Positions 1 through 12,143 of a stretch of 55,937 nt of DNA are shown piece by piece (within the stretch, counting starts at the first letter, position 1; each line of letters begins with the position of its first letter). The notes beneath the pieces were generated by a model, which had not been told where the DNA came from, made no database searches, and saw only the letters and a program-made list of their open reading frames with translations. The position numbers and the translations under genes were made by a program. The stretch is from Prorocentrum cordatum (Eukaryota): contig CAUYUJ010000124.1 of the NCBI GenBank assembly GCA_963575745.1, positions 62,001 to 117,937 on the forward strand. The letters run 5' to 3'.

Positions 1-960
1 TGCCAAGAAACTACTCGTACCCTACTAATCGTTCCTCTGTTCCCTCTCCACCCTTCCCCCTTCTGCTCGTCATGCTGCTCTTCTGACGTCCCCTCGTTCT
101 CCTCTGCCTGCTCCTTTTTCTCTTCCCCCTTCTCTTCCTCGGTCTCCTCCATCTCTTTCTCCTCCTCACTCCTTCTTTACCTCCACGTCCTCCGCCATGA
201 AACCGCACCCTCGCGCGCGCGGAATGCAAGATTGTTGCACCCGCACTCCACGAGGAAGCTCTGCGAGTTCCCGGCGGTCACCAAGGTTGACGGTTTACCG
301 CCGGCCCCCAGTCGTGTAAACCCCGAAAATACATATGTCAGTTTTCAAGCTGACACTAAAAATCGCACTTCCCTTGTTTTCTGGGCACTGATTTGGTGCG
401 CTGAAAACTCTACGAGGGTCCCGGCGGTTACCTGGTTGACGGTTCAACCGCCGGCTCCCAGTTCCGGCGCGCTGGGAGGCTAGTAGGCAAAAAAATCTAG
501 ACGGAAGTTTTGTCTTTCCCTGACTTGTTGAATTTATATTCGCTCTTATTCCTGCTCTCCATCTTAATATCAGGTCGATCGGGTACATATCATTGTCAAA
601 AAGCATGTGGGCGCGATCGGCTGTTTAGTGTCATCCTGACAGGTGCCGTCGGTTTTCTGAACTTAACTCGACCTGTAGAAGAGCTACAGAGCTGGCAGGC
701 ACACCTAATCTATCTAGAATCATCGGGCGCGTTAGTCTCAAGTATCTAGATGTCCGAACTCGGTATGCTGCCAGAGCTGAGTCCGAAAACTTACTCGTAC
801 TCTGCTGTTTTATTTTTTCAGATGATGATGAGCTTCTTGATGTTAGTCGAGCATCAGATGAGCTACAGAGCTGTTCGGCACAGCATCGAGGAAATCATCA
901 TACGCGCTAGTTTCGAGTATCTAGATGCCCTAACTCGGTCGGCTACCAGACCTGGATTCG

Positions 961-1125
961 AAATATGTGTATAAATATGTATATATGTGTGTACGAATAT
1001 ATAATAAAAATGTCTATACTTATATTACTATATGTATGTATATGTGTATATATATTATTTTTATATATATAGAAGAAATTGGAAAACATATATGAATAAA
1101 AAATAATGATAATAATTGCAATAAT
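961..1125. repeat. AT-rich (TA/TG, AAT) low-complexity tract
   Basis: Runs of tatatg and aat. Confidence 0.85.
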
Positions 1126-1821
1126 GAGTACTCTGCTAATTATCTAAGATCTCATGATGACTTTCTTGAGATAACTCGACCTGCAGATGAGCTACAGAGC
1201 TGTTTGGCACAGCAATCGACAGGAAATCATGGGAAGCGCTAGTCTCGAGTATCTAGATGCCCGAACTCGGTTCGCTCCCAGAGTTGGAACCAACTCCTGC
1301 TTCCCGTCCTCTTCCTTCTCCTTCTTCTCCTCCTCCTCGTCCTTCTTCATCTGCTTCTTTTCCTCTTTCCCCTCCTGCTCCTTCTTCCTTCTCCTCCTCC
1401 TCATTCTTCTCTTCATCATCATCATCGTCCCTCTTCTCTCCCTCTCCATCCTTCCCCCCCTGCTAGTCATTATCCTCTTCCTCTTCCCCCTCCTTTTCCT
1501 TCGCCTGCTGCTTTGCCTTATCATCTTTCTCTTCCTCAGTCTTCTCCTTTTTCTTATTTTGTTTACTTTCTTTCTCTTCTCCACGCCCTCCTCCATGAAA
1601 CCGCACCCTCGCGCGCGCGGAACGCGAGACTGCCGCGCCCGCATTCCACGAGGAAGCTCTACGAGTTCCTGGCGGTAACCAAGGTTGACGGTTCACCGCC
1701 GGCCCCCAGTTCGGCGCGCCGAGCTTCGTGGCCTCATAGGAGCTTCACCGAAAGCGGCACCCATAATACGGCACCCGCAACTGCATGGTTCGGTTCGTCG
1801 TCAGGCTAATTTTCCCATACA

Positions 1822-3329
1822 TGACTAGAGCTTCCCTAAGAGCGTTAGCGGCGAAGCTGGAGAGAAATTCTGGCGCGCTGGGGGGCTAGTTGGCAAAACA
1901 GATATCGACGGAAGTTCTGTCTTTTTTTGGACCTGTTTAAATCGAATTTTCTCAAAATTCAACTGGTCGTTAGAGCTCTAACAATTTTTCTCCTCATATT
2001 CGATCTTACTCCCGCACGCCATCTCAATCTCAGGTCGATCGGGTACATAATACTGCCAAGAAGCGCATCCCGACGGGATCGGCTGTTTAGAGTCACCTTG
2101 GCAGGTGCTGTCGGTATTCTGAACTTAACCGGAGCTGCAGCCCAAAGCTGTTCGGCACAGCAATCGAAAGAGAATCATCAGGCGCACGAGCCCCAAGTAT
2201 TTAGATGCCTGAACTCGGTCTGCTGCCAGAGCTGGGTCTGAAGATATTCGTGCTCTGCTAATTTATCAAGAGAAAAGATGATGATGAGCTTCTTGATGCA
2301 ACTCGAGCTGCAGATGAGCTACAGAGCTGTTTGGCACAGCAATCGAAAGGGAATCACCTGGAGCGCTAGTCGTAAGTATCTAGATGCCCGAACTCGGTCT
2401 GCCACCACAGCTGAGTCCTAAAAACTATGTGTACTCTGCTAATTTTCTACCAGACGAGCTATAGAGCTGTTCGGCACAGAACGGAAAATGATCAGGAGCG
2501 CCCTTCTGAAGTATCTAGATGCCCAAACTCGGTGTGCAACCACAGCTGGGTCCGAAAAACTACTCGTACTCTACAATTTTCTCAGAGCTCAACATGAGTT
2601 TACGGATGCAGCTCGAGCTGTAGATGAGCTACAGAGCTGTTTGGCACATCAATCGAAATAAAGTCATCAGACGCGCTGGCCTCGAGTATCTAGATGCCCA
2701 AAATCGGACTGTTTCCAGAGCTGGCGCCAAGAAACTATTCGTACCCTACTAATCGTTCCTCTGTTCCCTCTCCACCCTTCCCCTTCTGCTCGTCATGCTG
2801 CTCTTCTGACTTCCCCTCGTTCTCCTCTGCCTGCTCCTTTTTCTCTTCCCCCTTCTCTTCCTCGGTCTCCTCCATCTCTTTCTCCTCCTCGCTCCTTCTT
2901 TACCTCCACGTGCCTCTTGTCCCTCTCCACCCTTTCCCTTCTGCTCGTCATGCTGCTCTCCCTCCTTCCCCTCCTGCTCTTCAGCCTGCTCCTTTTTTCT
3001 CCTCCTCCTTCTCTTCCTCAGCCTCCTCCATCTCGTTCTCCTTCTCACTCCTTCACCTCCACGTCCTCCTTCATGAAACCGCACCCTTGCGCGCGCGGAA
3101 TGCAAGATTGCCGCGCCCGCATTCCACGCTCGTCCTTCCTCTCTTTCTCCTCCTCCTCTCCGTCCTTCATGTGCTCCTTCTCCTCTTCCTCCTCCGCCCC
3201 TTCCTCCTTCTTCTGATCTACCCCACCCTCGCGCGCGCGGAATGCGAGATTGCCGCGCCCGCGTTGCGCGAGGATGCTCTACGAGTTCCCGGCGGTAACC
3301 AAGGTTGACGGTTTACCGCCGGTTCCCAG
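1822..3329 (+). mobile_element. HINE family A copy with satellite units and pyrimidine-rich tract
   Basis: Degenerate 5' subTIR tgactagagcttccc, 175-bp-type units, a CT-rich block (also seen at 1-250), and subTIR+hairpin ending cccag|t. Confidence 0.7.
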
Positions 3330-3439
3330 TCCTGCGGCGTTGGATCCTCGTCTTGAAGAGAGAGAGCACCCCGCGTCACACCTTCCCCCCCCCCCGCCCC
3401 CCCATCCCCCCCCCCCACCCCCCCCCCCCATTGCCACGC

Positions 3440-4310
3440 AGCGTTACGTGGCCCCAACAGAGAGCTGCATCAAAGCCCCAGTGGGTGCGCCCGCGTGCAG
3501 TTACCTCCCAGAGCAGCGCTCCGTGCCCCCAGAGGAGCTGCATCAAAGACCGCCGCGGTTGCCCGCGGTTCTTCCATCCAGCGCGTGCTCCCACAGGGAG
3601 CTCTACCGTAGGTCCCAGTGGCGTGCCCGCGCGCGGTTCTCCCATCCAGGGCAGCGTTTCGCGGTTCCAGAGGGGGCTCCACTGTAGGCCCCACTAGGTG
3701 TGCCGCATGCGGCCCCCCTATCCAGGCAGCGTTTCGTAGCCCCACATGAAGCTCCACCGAAGGCCCCAGTGGGGGTGCCCGCGTGCGGTTGCTCCACCCA
3801 GGGCAACGTTTCGTGGCTCGACAAGGGGCTCCACCGTAGGCACTAGTGGGGGTTCGGAGCCCCATAGGGAGCTCCAGCGAAGGCCCCAGTGGGGGTGCTC
3901 GCATGCAGTTCCCCGACCAGGGCAGCGTTTCGTGCCCCAGAGGGAGCTCCACCGAAGGCCCCAGTGGGGGGGGGCGCATGCGGCCCCCCCGTCCAGGGCA
4001 GCGTTCCTTGAGCCCACAGACAGCTCCACTGCAGGTCTCAGTGGGGTGCCCGCATGCGGTTTCCCGCCCAGGAGAACGTTTTGTGGCCCCGCAGGGAGCT
4101 CCATCGAAGGCCCCAGTGGGGGTGCCCGCCTGCCTGGCGAAGGACCTAACCATATGCAGTTGTCAGTACCGCAGTTGTGAATATCGTCCTCGATGGAGCT
4201 CGTTTTAGGGCCACGAAATGCGTAAGGGGCCTGCCATAGTGGTGAGGAACCGCATGTCCCCACTGGGGCCTTCGGAGGAGCTCCCTATGGGGCCACGAAA
4301 CGCTGCTCTG
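3440..4310. repeat. GC-rich minisatellite, about 76-bp units, last unit inverted
   Basis: Recurrent gcagcgtttcgtggcccc..agggagctccaccgaaggccccagtgggggtgcccgc; reverse-complement unit at about 4258-4306. Confidence 0.85.
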
Positions 4311-4710
4311 CATCCCTGGGGGGCTGCGATCTGAGAAACTGTCGCCACTTTCGAGGCCTGCTGGGGGGCCCAGCACAGTGGGTACACACCGCGGACTCAA
4401 TTTAGACCTCGCCATCCCTGGGGGGCTGCGATCTGTGAAACTGTCGCCACTTTCGAAGACTGCTGGGGGGTCCAGCACAGTGGGTACACACCGCGGACCC
4501 ACATTAAACCTCGCCATCCGTGGGGGGCTGCGATCTGCTGAGGGGCCCAACACAGTACTTCCGAGGGCTGCTGAGGGGGACAGCACAGTGGGTACCCACC
4601 GCAGACTCAAATTCGACATCGCCATCCCTGGGGAGCTGCGATCTGTGAAACTGTCGCCACTTTCGAGGCCTGCTGAGGGGCACAGCACAGTGGGTACCCA
4701 CCGCAGACAC
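4311..4710. repeat. Tandem repeat, four units of about 100-110 bp
   Basis: catccctggggggctgcgatctgtgaaactgtcgccactttcgag...cagcacagtgggtacacaccgc repeated. Confidence 0.88.
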
Positions 4711-4869
4711 ACATTAGAGGCCGAATTTCGTCCTTGTTCTCAACTGCAGTCACCTTCCCTCTGCTGCTGCCGTGATGATGGTTCGGCTCCCCGCACGTTT
4801 TTCTCCTGCTCTGCGTTCCCGACTCCCCATGTCCTCTTCGAGACTGTAGTTGTCGCCCCTCGTTATTGC

Positions 4870-5527
4870 ATGGTTCTCCTGCGCATCATGCCATAGGCGC
4901 AGGTCCCAAGTAGCTCACACATCAAGTTGATTGCCCATGCAAGGTTCGGCCAACTCCTCGTTTCCATTGATACAAATGGGTCGGGTACGTGACAGGGTAA
5001 GTTGTGGACAGGCGCGCGTCGGGGGGCCTCGGAGGACCCGGCTGCGTTTGCAGCTCTGCGCGCGCGCGTCCGTCTGCGCGCGCGCCTGTGGAGGAAGAAG
5101 GGGGGGAAGAAGATGAGGAAGAGGAGGGGGGGGGGGAGGTGGAGGAGGAGGAGGAGAAGGAGATGCAAGAGGAGCATGAGGAGGAGGAAAAGGAGAAGGA
5201 GAAGGTGGGGCAGGCGAAGGAGAAGAAGAAGGAGGTGAAGGAGCAAGAGGGGGAGGAGGAGGAGGGGGAGGAGAAGGAGGAGGAAGTGGAGACGGCGGAG
5301 GAGAAGCACAAGAAGAAAAGAGAGGAGGAGGTGCATGGGGGAGAAACAGGAGCGGGAGCAGGAGCAGGCGGAGGAGCCAGACCTGGAGCAGGAGTAGGAG
5401 CGGGAACAGCAGGAAGAGCAGAAGCAGCAACAGGAGTCGGAGCAAAAGCAGGATCAGCAGCAAGAGGCAGGAGAATGAGGAGAAGGGGGAGGAACGGAGG
5501 GGGGGGAAGAGAGAGAAGGGGGGGGGG

Positions 5528-5573
<46 letters not shown>

Positions 5574-7279
5574 AAAAAAATGATAAAAAAAAAAGAAAAA
5601 GGAGCGGGGGGGGTGGAGGCGGACGGGTGGATTGAAGGTGGAGGAGGATGATTTTCGAATGGGGCGCAACGATTGGGAATGATGGAAAGGAGGAGAAGGA
5701 GGATCGAGGAGGAGAGGGAAGGACAAGGGAGGGAGGAGGAGGAGAAAGGGAAAGGAGGAGGAGGGGGAGAAAAAAAGACGGACGGGGGAGGGGAGGAAAA
5801 GGGAGGAGGGGGAGATGATGAAAAATTGAGAAGGAGGAGAATAGCAGAGGGGGGGGGAGCAGGAGGAGGAGGAGGGGAGGGAGAGGGGGGAGGGGAAGAG
5901 GGGAGGGAGAGGGAGGGGAAAGAGGAAAGAGAGAAGGGCGAGGAGAACCTGGACGAAAAGGAGCAATGGGAGCGTGCCATTTCATGACATGTGCTTGACA
6001 GCTCCGTGCTTGTCCACAGCTCGAGTTTATCTCGATGCTGAAGACTGGTGCGCGTGATCATTCCCATTCGAACAGTCCGCTTGCTTCCCAGCTCTGTAGC
6101 TTGCGTACAGCTCGAATTCAGTGGAGAAAACCAACACCACCTATCTTGAAATTGAAGAGCCCAAAGAGGTGTTCAGTCGCAGTTCTGCTAGCAGATCGGT
6201 CGCAGCCGTCTAAATACGGTCAACAAGCGCCTCTCAGCAGTTCCCTTGCGATTGGTGTATATCTGAGCTCCGTATCTAGCCTACAGCTCGAATTCAGCAC
6301 AGAAAACAAACATTTTCTCTCATCAAAAAATGCAGAGTGCAAGTACTTAGTCAGTTGTAGCTGTGGTGACAGACCAATCTCAGACGTCTCGATACTGTTA
6401 GCGACTGTGATGAATACCTGTTGAGCGGTGTGCTCCTCAGCTCCCTAGCTTGCGCATAACTCGAATGAATCTCGGAAAGAATGACAGAGTGCACATACTT
6501 ATTTGGTCGCTGCTCTGGTAGCCGACCGATCTCAGGCGTCTAGATACTTTAGACTGGTGCTTCTCAGCATTCCCTGCCGATTGGTGTGCATCTCAGCTCC
6601 GTAGCTGGCCAAGAACTCGAATGCAATTCAGGAAACGCACGTCATCTCTCGCAACATATTTCCAGTCCGAATAGGTTGTCAGTCGCAGCTATGGTTACAA
6701 GGCGAATTCAGACGTCTCGATACCGTGCGCGAATGTACCTGACGATTTTTATTGTGGGAAGTGCTTCTCTCCTCGCCTCCATCGCCAGCCTATACAGTTC
6801 GAAAACAGCGGAGATAACTATCATCATCGCTTAAATAGTTATCAGAGTACGAATAGTTTGTTCGTCCTAACTCTGGTGGCAGACCGATCCCAGGCATCTA
6901 GATACTTGAGGCTAGCGCTCCAGATCAAATCCCTCCGATTGCTGTGCCGAACAGCTCTGTAGCTCATTTGCAGCTCGAGCTCAGTTAAGAACTCCGATAG
7001 CACCTGCCAAGATGACGCTCAAAAGCCGATCCCGCCTGAATGGTTTTTGATAGTAATAGCCACCCGATCGGTTGAGATCCAGATGGCGAGCGGGAAAAAG
7101 ATCGAAGATGGGGGGAAACATGTTCGAGCTCTACCGAACTTTTGAATTTCGAGAAACTCATTTTAAATAGGCCAAAAAGACAAAACTTCTGTCGATATTT
7201 TTCGGGCCAACCAGCCCGCCAGCGCGCCGGAATTACTTTCTACCTTCGCCGCTTCGCTCTTAGGGAGGCTCTACAACTC
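4870..7279 (-). mobile_element. Older diverged HINE copy in reverse orientation
   Basis: Reverse 5' end (agggaggctctacaact, about 7262-7278), reversed decayed satellite units at 6000-7000, purine-rich tract at 5090-5965, and a candidate hairpin cctgcgc (4878-84)/gcgcagg (4897-4903) next to a subTIR-like sequence. Confidence 0.55.
5090..5965. repeat. Polypurine low-complexity tract with (GA)n
   Basis: GAG/GAA/GGA runs and (AG)n at about 5530-5568. Confidence 0.92.
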
Positions 7280-7421
7280 ACTTGGCGGAACTGACTTCGT
7301 ATCAAGCCGAAAAATAGATAATGCGAGTTTGTCACTTGATACTGAGCGAAGCTCTGTCCTCGTAATCTGATCACAAATTTGCGTGACGAAAGCTGTGCGA
7401 GTGTCTCGGCGGTAACCTGGT

Positions 7422-7511
7422 GGGGTGAGACTTCGACTGCTCCCGATGCGTCCGCCCCCGTGCTTCCGACTAGGCTGGAAAGCAAGCGCAGTCGACCGCA
7501 AAGACCGCAAA
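7422..7511 (+). mobile_element. 90-bp 5'-truncated retroposon-like insert inside a HINE hairpin
   Basis: TSD aacctggt at 7414-7421 and 7512-7519; 3' tail (gaccgcaaa)x2. Confidence 0.75.
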
Positions 7512-7641
7512 AACCTGGTTGACGGTTTACCGCCAGCTCCCAGCTTCTAACTGGTGATCTCGGGTCAGATTTTTGAAGACTATGAGAGAATTGAAAGTCT
7601 TTTTGAGAACCAGTATTTTTCGCATACGCCGCGTTCGCCTG

Positions 7642-8692
7642 TAACTCGTAGAGCTTCCCTTAGCTAGTTGCTGGAAGCTTAAGAGTAATTCCGGCGCGCT
7701 GGAGGGCTAGTTGGCAAGAAAAATCTCGACGGACCTTTTGCTGATATTTGCTCGGTTGACAATGTTCTCGAAATTCAACAATTCGTTTGAGCTCTAATAT
7801 TTTGTCCCGTGATATTCGATCTTATTCCCGCTCGCCATCTTAATCTCAGCTCGATCGGCTTCTTTGTACTGCCAAAGAGCGTCCGGGCGGGATCGGCTGT
7901 TTCGAGTCATCTTGACAGGTGCTGTCGGTTTTCTGCACTTAACTCGAGCTGTAGGAGAGCTACAGAGCTGGTACGCACACGTAATCGATTCAGAATCATC
8001 AGGCGCGTTCGTCTGAAGCATCTAGGGGTCTGAACTCGGTCTGCTACTCAAGCTAGGTCCGCGAAACTATTCGTATTCTACCGATTTTTCTCGAGATGGT
8101 GATGAGTACCTTCACTCAACTCGAGCTGCAGATGAGCTTGAGAGCTCTTCGGCACAGCAATTGGAAGGAAATCATCAGGCGTGCTAGTCTGAAGTATCTA
8201 GACGCTTGAATTGGGTATGTTATGTGCGCGAAAGCCAAACAACTACTCATACTCTGCCATTTTCTGGTGATGGAATTGGTTTTCTTGACTTAACTCGAGC
8301 TGCAGATGAGCTCCAGAGCCCTTAGGCACAGCAATCGGAAGAGAATCATCAGGCGCACTATTTGAAAGTATCTAGACACCTGAACTCAGTCTGCTATCAG
8401 CGCTCGGGGTGAACAACTATTCGTACTCTGCTAATTTCTTGGAGATGGCATTGGTTTTCTTGGTTTTACTCGTGCTGCAGATGAGCTACAGAGCTGTTCA
8501 GCACAGCAAAGAGAAGAGAATCATCAGGGGCGCTAGTTGAATGTATCTAGACGCCTGAAATCAGTCTGCTATCAGCGCTCGGGCTGGAAAACTATTCGTT
8601 CTCTGCTAATTCTTTGGAGATGCTATATGGCAAGGAAGCTCTACGAGTCTCCCGGCGGCAACCAAGGTTGACGGTTTACCGCCGGCGCCCAG
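7642..8692 (+). mobile_element. Complete HINE family A copy
   Basis: Starts taactcgtagagcttccc with a 5' hairpin (agcttcc..ggaagct), has about 4 satellite units, and ends in subTIR+hairpin+cccag|t. Confidence 0.85.
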
Positions 8693-9187
8693 TGGTCACC
8701 GCCGGCTCTAGTTAAGCGACTTTTGGGGCCAGCGCATTCGAAGCGCCCAGAGAACCTTCAGGGCGCGCTGATCAGTCCGGGGGGCCTGGATCGATGCTGA
8801 AAAACCAATCGTGCGGCTCTGGCTTTTAATCTAAGGGCTCTCTTTTTCGGAATGAAAAGCTGGCGCCCGGAAGCTTTAGCGAAGAGGCCTCGGTTGAACA
8901 TTATGTTCTCGAAATTTAGTAATTCGTTTGAGATTTGTTTTTTCTGGCCCAGCTCTATGATCTGATTCCCGCTCGTAATCTTCATCTCAGGTCAACTGGG
9001 TGGATAGTAATACAGAGAGGCAGTGTAGCGCGCTTAGTGTGTGTTTTTTGTTCCCCACATGCTTCGTGGGGTTCTGGTTTTCTCCCCTGCCGCGCCGCGC
9101 CCGCGTCTCACCCACACCCGCCCTCCTCTCTCTTTATTCCTCCCCTCACTCACACACACACACACACTTCACTCTTCCCCCCCTCGT

Positions 9188-9324
9188 CACAGCACTGCTC
9201 AGCTCAGCTCAACTCACCTCAGCACAGCTCAGCACAGCTCAGCTCAGCACAGCACAGCTCGGCTCAGCTCAGCACAGCTCAGCACAGCCCAGCACGGCTC
9301 AGCTCAGCACAGCACAGCACAGCT
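9188..9324. repeat. Pentanucleotide microsatellite (CAGCA/CAGCT)n
   Basis: Direct reading. Confidence 0.92.
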
Positions 9325-10500
9325 CGTGGCACTTTCTCGACACCACAAGGGGTGCGCAGGGGTTGGTCTCTCAGCTCGGCCGCTATCCACGAAACTGGCG
9401 CAAAGCCTAGCAGGCGTGGCACTCTCTCGACACCAAAGGGGGTGGGCAGGGGGTGCTCTCTCAGCTCGGCCGCTATCCACGACACTGGCGAAAAGCCTAG
9501 CAGGCGTGGCACTTTCTCGACACCACAGGGGGTGCGCAGGGGGTGGTCTCTCACCGCGGTCCCTATCCACGACACTGGCGCAAAGCCTAGCAGGCGTGGC
9601 ACTCTCTCGACACCAAAGGGGGTGGCAGGGGGTGGTCTCTCAGCTCGGCCGCTATCCACGACACTGGCGCAAAGCCTAGCAGGCGTGGCACTTTCTCGAC
9701 ACCACAGGGGGTGCGCAGGGGGTGGTCTCTCAGCTCGGCCGCTATCCACGACACTGGCGCAAAGCCTAGCAGGCGTGGCACTTTCTCGACACCACAGGGG
9801 GTGCGCAGGGGGTGGTCTCTCAGCTCGGCCGCTATCCACGACACTGGCGCAAAGCTAGCAGGCGTGGCGACACCACAGGGGGTGCGCTCTCAGCGGGGTG
9901 GTCTCTCGACATTGCGCCTCTCAATCGACACTGGCGCATGGCAGGCGTGGTCTCTTATTGGCTAGCAGGCACGACATCACAGGGGGTGCGCAGGGGGTGG
10001 TCTCTCAGCTCGGCCGCTATCCACGACACTGGCGCAAAGGCTAGCAGGCGTGGCACTTGCTTGACACCACAGGGGGTGCGGAGAGGGTGGTCCCTCAGCT
10101 CGGCCGCTATCCACGACACTGGCGCGCAAAGTCTGGCAAGCGTGGCACTTTCTCGACACCACAGGGGGTGCGCAGGGGGGGGTCTCTCAGCTCGGTCGCT
10201 ATCCACGACACTGGCGCAAAGGCTAGCAGTCGCGGCACTTGCTTGACACCACAGGGGGTGCGGAGAGGGTGGTCCCTCAGCTCGGCCGCTATCCACGACA
10301 CTGGCGCAAAGCCTGGCAAGCGTGGCACTTTCTCGACACCACAGGGGGTGCGCAGGGGTGGGTCTCTCAGCTCGGTCGCTATCCACGACACTGTCGCAAA
10401 GCCTAGCAGGCGTGGCTAGTTCTCGACACCACAGCAGGGGGTGCGCAGGGGGTGGTCTCTCAGTTCGGCAGCTATCCACAACACTGGCGCAAAGCCTAGC
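9325..10500. repeat. 90-bp tandem repeat array, about 13 units
   Basis: cgtggc register at 9325, 9415, 9505 and 9595; unit cgtggcactttctcgacaccacagggggtgcgcagggggtggtctctcagctcggccgctatccacgacactggcgcaaagcctagcagg. Confidence 0.95.
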
Positions 10501-11095
10501 CGCGTCACAGCAATCAGATGGCAATCATCAGGCGCGCTACTAGACACCTGGACTCGGGCTGCTATCAGCGCAGACGCCGAAACACGATTCATACTCTGCT
10601 ATTTTTCTAAATGAAATTGGTTTTCTCGACTTATATCGAGCTGCAGGTGAGCTCCAGAGCTCTTAGGCACAGCAATCGGAAGAAATACATCAGGCGCGCT
10701 ATTTCAAAGTACCTAGACGCCTGAAGTCAGTCTGCTATCAGCGCTGGGGCTGAAACACTATTTGTACTCTGCTAATTTCTTGGAGATGGTATTGGTTTTC
10801 TTCACTTAACTCGCGCTGCAGATGAGCTACAGAGCTGTTTCGCACAGCAATCGGAAGGGAATCATCAGGGGCGCTAGTTCAAAGTATCTTGACGCCTGAT
10901 CTCGGTCTGCTAGCGCTGGGGCTGAAAAACTATTCGTACTCTGCTAACTCTTTGGAGATGGTATTGTTTTTCATGAGCAGAGAGCTGCAGATGATCAAGG
11001 AAGCTCGAGCTGCAGATGAGCAGGGAAGCTCTACGAGTCTCCCGGCGGTAACCAAGGTTGACGGTTTACCGCCGGCGCCCAGTCGTACTCTACTA

Positions 11096-12143
11096 AAACT
11101 CGTAGAGCTTCCCTTAGCTAGTTGCTGGAAGCTTAAGAGTACTTCCGGCGCGCCGGGGAGCTAGCTGGCAAGACTAATCTCGACTGACATTTTGATGACC
11201 TTTGCTCGGTTGACAATTATGTTCTCGAAATTCAACAATTCGTTAGAGCTCAAATATATTTTCCTGAGATTTTCGATCGTCTTCCCGCTATAATCTCAGC
11301 TCGATCGGGTACCTATTACTGCCAAAGAGCGTCGCGGCGGGATCGGCTGTTTCGAGTCATCTTGACAGGTGCTGTCGGTCTCCTGTACTTAACTCGAGCT
11401 GTAGGAGAGCTACAGAGCTGGTGCGCACACGTAATCGATTCAGAATCATCAGGCGCGTTCGTCTGAAGCATCTAGAGGTCTGAACTCGGTCTGCTACTCC
11501 AACTAGGTCCGCGAAACGATTCGTATTCTACTGATTTTTTCCGTGATGATGATGAGTTTCTTCACGTAACTCGAGCTGCAGATGAGCTTGAGAGCTCTTC
11601 GGCACAGCAATCGGACGGAAATCACCAGGCACGCTAGTCTGAAGTATATAAACGCTTGGATTGGGTCTGTTATGAGCGCAGAAGCCGAACAACTAGTCAT
11701 ACTCTTCTATTTGTCTGGTGATGGAAGTGGTTTTCTTGACTTAACTCGAGCTGCAGATGAGCTTCAGAGCTCTTAGGCACAGCAATCGGAAGAGAATCAT
11801 CAGGCGCGCTATCTGAAAGTATCTAGACCCCTGAACTCAGTCTACTATCAGCACTCGGGCTGAACAACTCTTCGTACTCTGCTAATTTCTTGAAGATGGT
11901 ATTGGTTTTCTTGGTTTTACTCGTGCTGCAGATGAGCTACAGAGCTGTTCAGCACAACAATGGGAAGGGAATCATCAGGGGCGCTAGTTAAATGTATCTA
12001 GACGCCTCAAATCAGTCTGCTATCAGCACTGGGGCTGAAAAACAATTCGTTCTCTGCTAATTCTTCGGAGATGGTATATGGCAAGGAAGCTCTACGAGTC
12101 TCCCGGCGGTAACCAAGGTTGACGGTTCACCGCCGGCGCCCAG
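11096..12143 (+). mobile_element. Complete HINE family A copy, close relative of 7642-8692
   Basis: Same termini, same unit order and high visible identity. Confidence 0.85.

Noticed and set aside
4863..6067. Glu/Arg/Leu/Ser-rich ORFs here and at 1-230, 1187-1700 and 2694-3308
   Set aside because: Products of polypurine/polypyrimidine low-complexity tracts.
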